From Escherichia phage Mimir124: 64,000 nucleotides of DNA. The stretch lies in sequence record PQ310662.1; one strand, 5' to 3'. Positions within the stretch are counted from its first letter, which is position 1. Every line of letters begins with the position of its first letter. The notes beneath the pieces are model-generated. The model worked only from the letters and a program-made list of their open reading frames with translations. It was not told the DNA's origin and did no database searches. Shown piece after piece: positions 59,644 through 64,000 of this stretch. A program made the translations under genes and the position numbers.

Positions 59644-60144
59644 CTATTCAAAAAGTTTACGGTCAGCCTGAATTTGTTTACCCAACTCAATTAGTTGGTT
59701 GTCACGGAGTCTAACAGTTGCCCGGAGTTCTTCAACCAAACGTCTGCCTTCTTCAAGACTATTGTCGAGTCTGGCTGCATGGCTTGCAAGACTTCTGCAC
59801 TCAAAGGCTCCGGCTTCGGCTTGACGTTTATATACCGATGCTCGTCTTTCAGACTGTTGCATCCGGCTGTCATAATCACTGCTAACGCGAGCAAGCTCGC
59901 TTGCGTAATTACTCTCAGCCGTCTGCAACCGGGAAGTGAGTAACCCGACTTCATAACTATGGTTTCTTTGGAGAGCATTGTATTTGTCCTGTAATTTTTG
60001 TGTTGCCTTAAGGTCTTCGACCTTTTGGTCATCCCACTTCTTTTGAACAGTAGACTGTCCATTGGAATTACCCCAAAAGTAAATGGTGGCCCCAAGGACC
60101 ACCACCAGAAGATAAGGCCAACCTTTAGAGATTAGCATCTTCAT
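59644..60144 (-). CDS. i-spanin (Rz-like)
   Basis: N-terminal TM ([16 protein letters not shown]) followed by charged coiled-coil region; immediately downstream of endolysin; start set to internal M (MKMLISKG). Confidence 0.5.
   Translation of the reverse strand: MKMLISKGWPYLLVVVLGATIYFWGNSNGQSTVQKKWDDQKVEDLKATQKLQDKYNALQRNHSYEVGLLTSRLQTAESNYASELARVSSDYDSRMQQSERRASVYKRQAEAGAFECRSLASHAARLDNSLEEGRRLVEELRATVRLRDNQLIELGKQIQADRKLFE
59691..59954 (-). CDS. candidate embedded o-spanin (Rz1-like lipoprotein)
   Basis: Alternate frame inside Rz; [32 protein letters not shown] has charged n-region, hydrophobic core and a lipobox-like TAGC; Pro-containing mature part. Confidence 0.35.
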   Translation of the reverse strand: MKSGYSLPGCRRLRVITQASLLALAVIMTAGCNSLKDEHRYINVKPKPEPLSAEVLQAMQPDSTIVLKKADVWLKNSGQLLDSVTTN

Positions 60145-60760
60145 TACATGCCTCCAGTGGCACATTGCCTATTCGGTTAGCTACCCAACCATACGTAAAG
60201 TCTGGCATGTTTAATGAGGTGTAGTGGTTCAGTTGTTTGGCATCTAGTAACTTAATTATTACCTGACATGCTGCAACTTTGCCTCTTTTTTTCTGTAATG
60301 CTTTATATGCATTAACAGTACCTGCACCGACTTTACCATCAACCTGTATTTTAGGGTAGTCTTTGCCATCACGGGACATTTCATTAAGAGATAGCTGCAA
60401 CCACTTAGCCGGACGGGATACACCAGTGTTAACACCAGCATCAACCAGTTTGTGCGTTATAGCAGGAGATATATCAGCGAAGGCTACGAAGTTAGGCTTA
60501 AGTACGTAGTCATCAATGTATATCTCAGCAGCCATCTCTTTAGATAAACCTTTCATAGAACCATCCCAACCATACTCAGTAGCCAGAACTTCTTTATGGG
60601 TCTTAGCTACTGATTGGGTAATACCATGATTAGTTTCCCCACCTGGGTCGCGAGGATTGTTTACGTACCCTCCTTCCATATAGAACACTGCCCCCAGAAT
60701 AGCAGCGACAACTCCTCCCACTGCACCCCCTTTTGCAGCGAGTTTCTGTTTAGCTTTCAT
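60125..60760 (-). CDS. SAR endolysin, GH108 N-acetylmuramidase with peptidoglycan-binding domain
   Basis: MEGGYVNNPRDPGGETNHGITQ matches the GH108 EGGY..DP.D.GG.T..GIT motif; preceded by Gly/Ala-rich weakly hydrophobic N-terminus (GGAVGGVVAAILGAVFY). Confidence 0.75.
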   Translation of the reverse strand: MKAKQKLAAKGGAVGGVVAAILGAVFYMEGGYVNNPRDPGGETNHGITQSVAKTHKEVLATEYGWDGSMKGLSKEMAAEIYIDDYVLKPNFVAFADISPAITHKLVDAGVNTGVSRPAKWLQLSLNEMSRDGKDYPKIQVDGKVGAGTVNAYKALQKKRGKVAACQVIIKLLDAKQLNHYTSLNMPDFTYGWVANRIGNVPLEACNEDANL

Positions 60761-61010
60761 GAGATTTTTCCTTCGGTTGGAATCGTATTAATCTGCCTAC
60801 AATGTTTAGGGCAAACAGTGCGATTGTAATACTGGAGCCATGTGGAATATCTTCCAGAATGTGACGAGGTAGTCCTGTTAGCATTGGTTGGATAATATCT
60901 ACAGCAGAAAATAGTATTAACCCAAACGTACTAATCTGAACAGATGCCCACTTCCAGGACTTCTTCCAGTTAGGTACTAACTCAATCTTTCTTTTTAGCC
61001 TGCGAACCAT
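60750..61010 (-). CDS. holin-like two-TM membrane protein (possible pinholin)
   Basis: Two hydrophobic helices (ISTFGLILFSAVDIIQPML; ITIALFALNIVGRLI); overlaps endolysin start; start set to internal MVRRLKRK. Confidence 0.4.
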   Translation of the reverse strand: MVRRLKRKIELVPNWKKSWKWASVQISTFGLILFSAVDIIQPMLTGLPRHILEDIPHGSSITIALFALNIVGRLIRFQPKEKSHES

Positions 61011-61360
61011 GCGAATATCTCCCGTCTTGCAGCAGCCAATACACCAATAATTGCACCTGCTCCTGCCCATACCCACTTACCGAAGATACCAGCACCAACC
61101 ACTTTGTGCTTAATGGTAATAAACTCTTCAATGGTGGGTTCCGACTTAGCAAGGCTATCCTCTACGTTTTTAAGTCTGCCTTCCATTTGCTGAACAGACT
61201 CCTTCAAACCAGATAAGGTTTGTTCCAGTTTATCCTTAGAACGTTCCTCCTTTTCTTGGTTCTTAAATAATGTTTCCAGTCTTTCCTCCAATCGGGCAAG
61301 AAGAACCGAAGTCGATTCATCGCTCATGAGAAAGTCCTTATTGTTTGTAGTGACACCCAT
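60995..61360 (-). CDS. coiled-coil protein with C-terminal TM segment (lysis-associated?)
   Basis: N-terminal heptad-like charged region, C-terminal VVGAGIFGKWVWAGAGAIIGVLAAA. Confidence 0.35.
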   Translation of the reverse strand: MGVTTNNKDFLMSDESTSVLLARLEERLETLFKNQEKEERSKDKLEQTLSGLKESVQQMEGRLKNVEDSLAKSEPTIEEFITIKHKVVGAGIFGKWVWAGAGAIIGVLAAARREIFAWFAG

Positions 61361-61428
61361 ACGGGACGTATCAGAAGAGTCTGACTGAAAGATAATACTG
61401 ATTTAGGTTTGTAGAGGGAAGTGAGAAA

Positions 61429-61448
61429 AGCCTCCCGCATGGGAGGCT
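61429..61448 (-). terminator. rho-independent terminator (minus strand)
   Basis: agcctccc-gcat-gggaggct; on the minus strand followed by tttt. Confidence 0.6.
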
Positions 61449-61452
61449 TATT

Positions 61453-61713
61453 TTAAACAGACTGTTTTAGTGCAGCTTCTGCTTCTGCAATGGGATTACC
61501 AGAACCAGAATAGGTAAAGGGGAATCGGTTAGCACTACCCTGCTTACCGTCTATGGTAACAAGGTACTCTGCTACACCATCATTACCAAATAAGCTGACA
61601 ATACCCTTAACATCAAAAGTTGCCGTAACTTGTTCCATGACAGAGTCAGAGATTACATTGTACTCTGGGTAAGAACTTTTTTTACTAGTATTAATTTGCT
61701 TAGTAAAAGACAT
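61453..61713 (-). CDS. hypothetical late protein (86 aa)
   Basis: ORF between tailspike gene and terminator. Confidence 0.45.
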   Translation of the reverse strand: MSFTKQINTSKKSSYPEYNVISDSVMEQVTATFDVKGIVSLFGNDGVAEYLVTIDGKQGSANRFPFTYSGSGNPIAEAEAALKQSV

Positions 61714-61721
61714 AAATAACC

Positions 61722-63968
61722 TTAGCTGGATGCCAGCACTTTATTTGCTATAAGAGAAGCAATCAACGCATTAACGGCCACAGAAGCTGGGTCAGTACCT
61801 GTACTTGGAGTTACTGCTGCTCCCTTAGTGACAGGACCTACTACTATGACACCAGACGGATTATCTGATGTTGGTTTGTTAGAGGACAGCCTCAAGTAAC
61901 CATCAGAACCTACCCAGCAATAATACCCATTAAGGATGATATAGCCATCACGATAATCCCCAACGTAAGCAGTTCCTCCCTTCTGCCTTGACCCAATCCA
62001 ACCCGAACCAGCAGACATAGTTTTACGGAGTTGGTTACCCTGCATACAAGGGTTGGTCACATTAGAAGATAGGACCACAGACTGAGATACAGTAGGTCTA
62101 TCCATACAGCCTGCCCCAACTATTGGGTAGTCTTCCTGAGACAGCTGCATAGTAATGGCATCCGTAGATGTAGACAACCCATTAATATTATAGAGATTAT
62201 TGCTACCAATAGTCTGAGCTGCACCTGTAACGGGGTTAGTGGTCCCAGCACCTGTACGGAAAGCGATGTTTATACTACTACCAGTACCTACACCTGTGCA
62301 GGTAATATTGTACGTAGAATCAGAACCACCCAATTTCAGGCCAGACTTACATACGGCAGTTACGATACAACCAACCAAATCTCTCAGCTCTATTGCATAT
62401 TTAGCTATACTAATTCCAGAGAACACAGTAGTAGAGCAACCTTGTAGAAAAGTCTGTCCACCAATTAACCCATCTACAACAGAATCACGCAATCCGTATA
62501 ACCAGATACTACGAAGCACCGTAGACCGAGATGGTTCCACCCGAATTCCCTGTATAACCATATTTCTATTGGGTACATAGTAAGGAGTAAAGATGGCATC
62601 TACGTAGAAACCGTAGTTACCCTGAGAACCAGTGGCATTCGCATCTTTGGTTGAGATTTTACCAATCACCAGACCGGGGGAACTCATTACCTTGAATACA
62701 GCATTATCGGTAGTAGAGCTAGAACCAGATAAAGTCACACTATCTATAATTGAGTGACCGAATACATAAGTAGTATTCATACTGGATGGTTCATACGCAC
62801 CTAACACATTATTGTTAGTAAAATGAAAGTTATATAAGAAGCTGTTAACAGATCGCCCAATAGTAACACCATCTACCTTAACCCCAGCAGATTGTCTAAT
62901 CTCCAATCGTTTTATATAACCAGCCCCTACGATTGAGACATTTTCAATGTAACCAACTTTAGCAATCCAAGGGTTAACATGAGTAAATTCCAACCGCTTA
63001 TCCAGAACAATACTGGTAGACGTAATGGACTTAACTCGAACCACTTCGAAGTAGGCAGACTTGGCCTCTACCCCATCAGTACCATCAGTGTTCTCAATAC
63101 GCAGTAAATCATTTACTGCGAATAGGGCTGTATAATCCCCCGGTATAGTATAACCATCTGATGACAGAGTACCTGTGTACTTGACGGCAGACTTGAGAAT
63201 GGAGATTACAGGTTTCTGGTAAGGGTAACGAAGACCGGAACTCAAGGTAAGAGATGAGCTGGACGCAGCAGCTACAGTAGCAATATCAGAGCCAATTTCA
63301 TTACCCTGAGAGGCACTACCTCCGTCAGTATCGTTAAGACGTACTACAACAGTGTCTCCTACGTTAAAATCCAGAGCATTACCCTGAGAGGCACTACCTC
63401 CGTCAGTATCGTTAAGACGTACTACAACAGTGTCTCCTACGTTAAATCCAGAGAAGTCACCAGATAATACTGTGGTTCCTGCTGGGATATCTGACCATGC
63501 AGCGTCACTGTTTACTGTCCTTGTAGTGGAGAAGTACTCGCCTTTAACAATTACAGAGAACTGTAAGTTAGCATTCTGATTCAGCTGGATACTAACGCTT
63601 TTGTCAATGTTAAGTGTGTTACCTATGTAATTACCAGCTGGGAAAACCAGAGGCCACTTTTTAGATATTGCAGCATTGGCAGCTAATAGTATTGCAGCAG
63701 TATCGTCAGTAACACCATCCCCTTTAGCCCCATACATTTGAGGAGTAACGTAGTTAAGACCACCGATAAGGGATGTTCCTGTCAGAGAAGACAGAGCATC
63801 TGCTAACCAACCCCCAGGTTGAGCCTTGGTTAGTGTAAATTGTCCAACATCTGTAGTAAGAATCAGGGAATCAGACGATACTGACCATGCTACAGGAGTA
63901 CCTGTGGCGTTACCCGTAAACCAACAGGTTTCAGTAATTGGGTCATACAAAACTGTATACCCATTCAC
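61722..63968 (-). CDS. tailspike/tail fibre with pectate-lyase-like beta-helix (putative depolymerase)
   Basis: QMYGAKGDGVTDDTAAI matches the pectate lyase superfamily N-terminal motif common in phage tailspikes; 748 aa; internal 26-aa tandem repeat. Confidence 0.6.
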   Translation of the reverse strand: MNGYTVLYDPITETCWFTGNATGTPVAWSVSSDSLILTTDVGQFTLTKAQPGGWLADALSSLTGTSLIGGLNYVTPQMYGAKGDGVTDDTAAILLAANAAISKKWPLVFPAGNYIGNTLNIDKSVSIQLNQNANLQFSVIVKGEYFSTTRTVNSDAAWSDIPAGTTVLSGDFSGFNVGDTVVVRLNDTDGGSASQGNALDFNVGDTVVVRLNDTDGGSASQGNEIGSDIATVAAASSSSLTLSSGLRYPYQKPVISILKSAVKYTGTLSSDGYTIPGDYTALFAVNDLLRIENTDGTDGVEAKSAYFEVVRVKSITSTSIVLDKRLEFTHVNPWIAKVGYIENVSIVGAGYIKRLEIRQSAGVKVDGVTIGRSVNSFLYNFHFTNNNVLGAYEPSSMNTTYVFGHSIIDSVTLSGSSSTTDNAVFKVMSSPGLVIGKISTKDANATGSQGNYGFYVDAIFTPYYVPNRNMVIQGIRVEPSRSTVLRSIWLYGLRDSVVDGLIGGQTFLQGCSTTVFSGISIAKYAIELRDLVGCIVTAVCKSGLKLGGSDSTYNITCTGVGTGSSINIAFRTGAGTTNPVTGAAQTIGSNNLYNINGLSTSTDAITMQLSQEDYPIVGAGCMDRPTVSQSVVLSSNVTNPCMQGNQLRKTMSAGSGWIGSRQKGGTAYVGDYRDGYIILNGYYCWVGSDGYLRLSSNKPTSDNPSGVIVVGPVTKGAAVTPSTGTDPASVAVNALIASLIANKVLASS
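63301..63446. repeat. 78-bp tandem duplication (2 units, 68 bp identical) inside the tailspike gene
   Basis: ttaccctgagaggcactacctccgtcagtatcgttaagacgtactacaacagtgtctcctacgttaaa occurs at 63301 and 63379; encodes NVGDTVVVRLNDTDGGSASQGN twice. Confidence 0.85.
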
Positions 63969-64000
63969 AGGTGAATGCTTATTTATATAACCAACAGCAG

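Noticed and set aside
1-64000. CRISPR arrays, integrase, repressor or other lysogeny functions
   Set aside because: No direct-repeat/spacer arrays and no tyrosine or serine recombinase motifs seen; gene content is consistent with a strictly lytic phage.

Overview
The window reads as most of the genome of a lytic N4-like podovirus (Schitoviridae-type organisation). Plus strand, left to right: an early region (1-5.2 kb) of small genes separated by hairpin/T-run terminators and carrying three copies of a GC-TCC-GC stem-loop that matches the N4 virion-RNAP promoter architecture; then a middle/replication region (5.2-34.3 kb) with a split T7-like RNAP II (two subunits), Ig-like decoration protein, MoxR-like AAA+ ATPase and VWA partner, dCTP deaminase-like, ThyX-like, rIIA/rIIB-like, MazG-like, Dda/RecD-like helicase, family A DNA polymerase, PD-(D/E)XK nuclease, primase-like protein, Sak4-like ATPase, SSB and RuvC-like resolvase. 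Four paralogous HNH-AP2 homing endonucleases are interspersed among these core genes. A 1.5 kb non-coding island (34.7-36.2 kb) holds one canonical tRNA, two further tRNA T-arm/acceptor modules I could not fold into full cloverleafs, and several long inverted repeats. It is followed by a gp49-like protein and a DUF2829 (Tad2-like) fusion protein, a candidate anti-defence locus and my best guess for the most interesting part of the window. The minus strand (37.6-64 kb) carries the late module: a 3449-aa virion RNA polymerase, virion proteins, major capsid protein, portal, a lysis cassette (SAR GH108 endolysin, holin-like protein, Rz with a possible embedded Rz1) and a pectate-lyase-like tailspike containing a recent 78-bp tandem duplication. 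No integrase, repressor or CRISPR array was seen. All calls are from reading the sequence and ORF translations; no database search was run.
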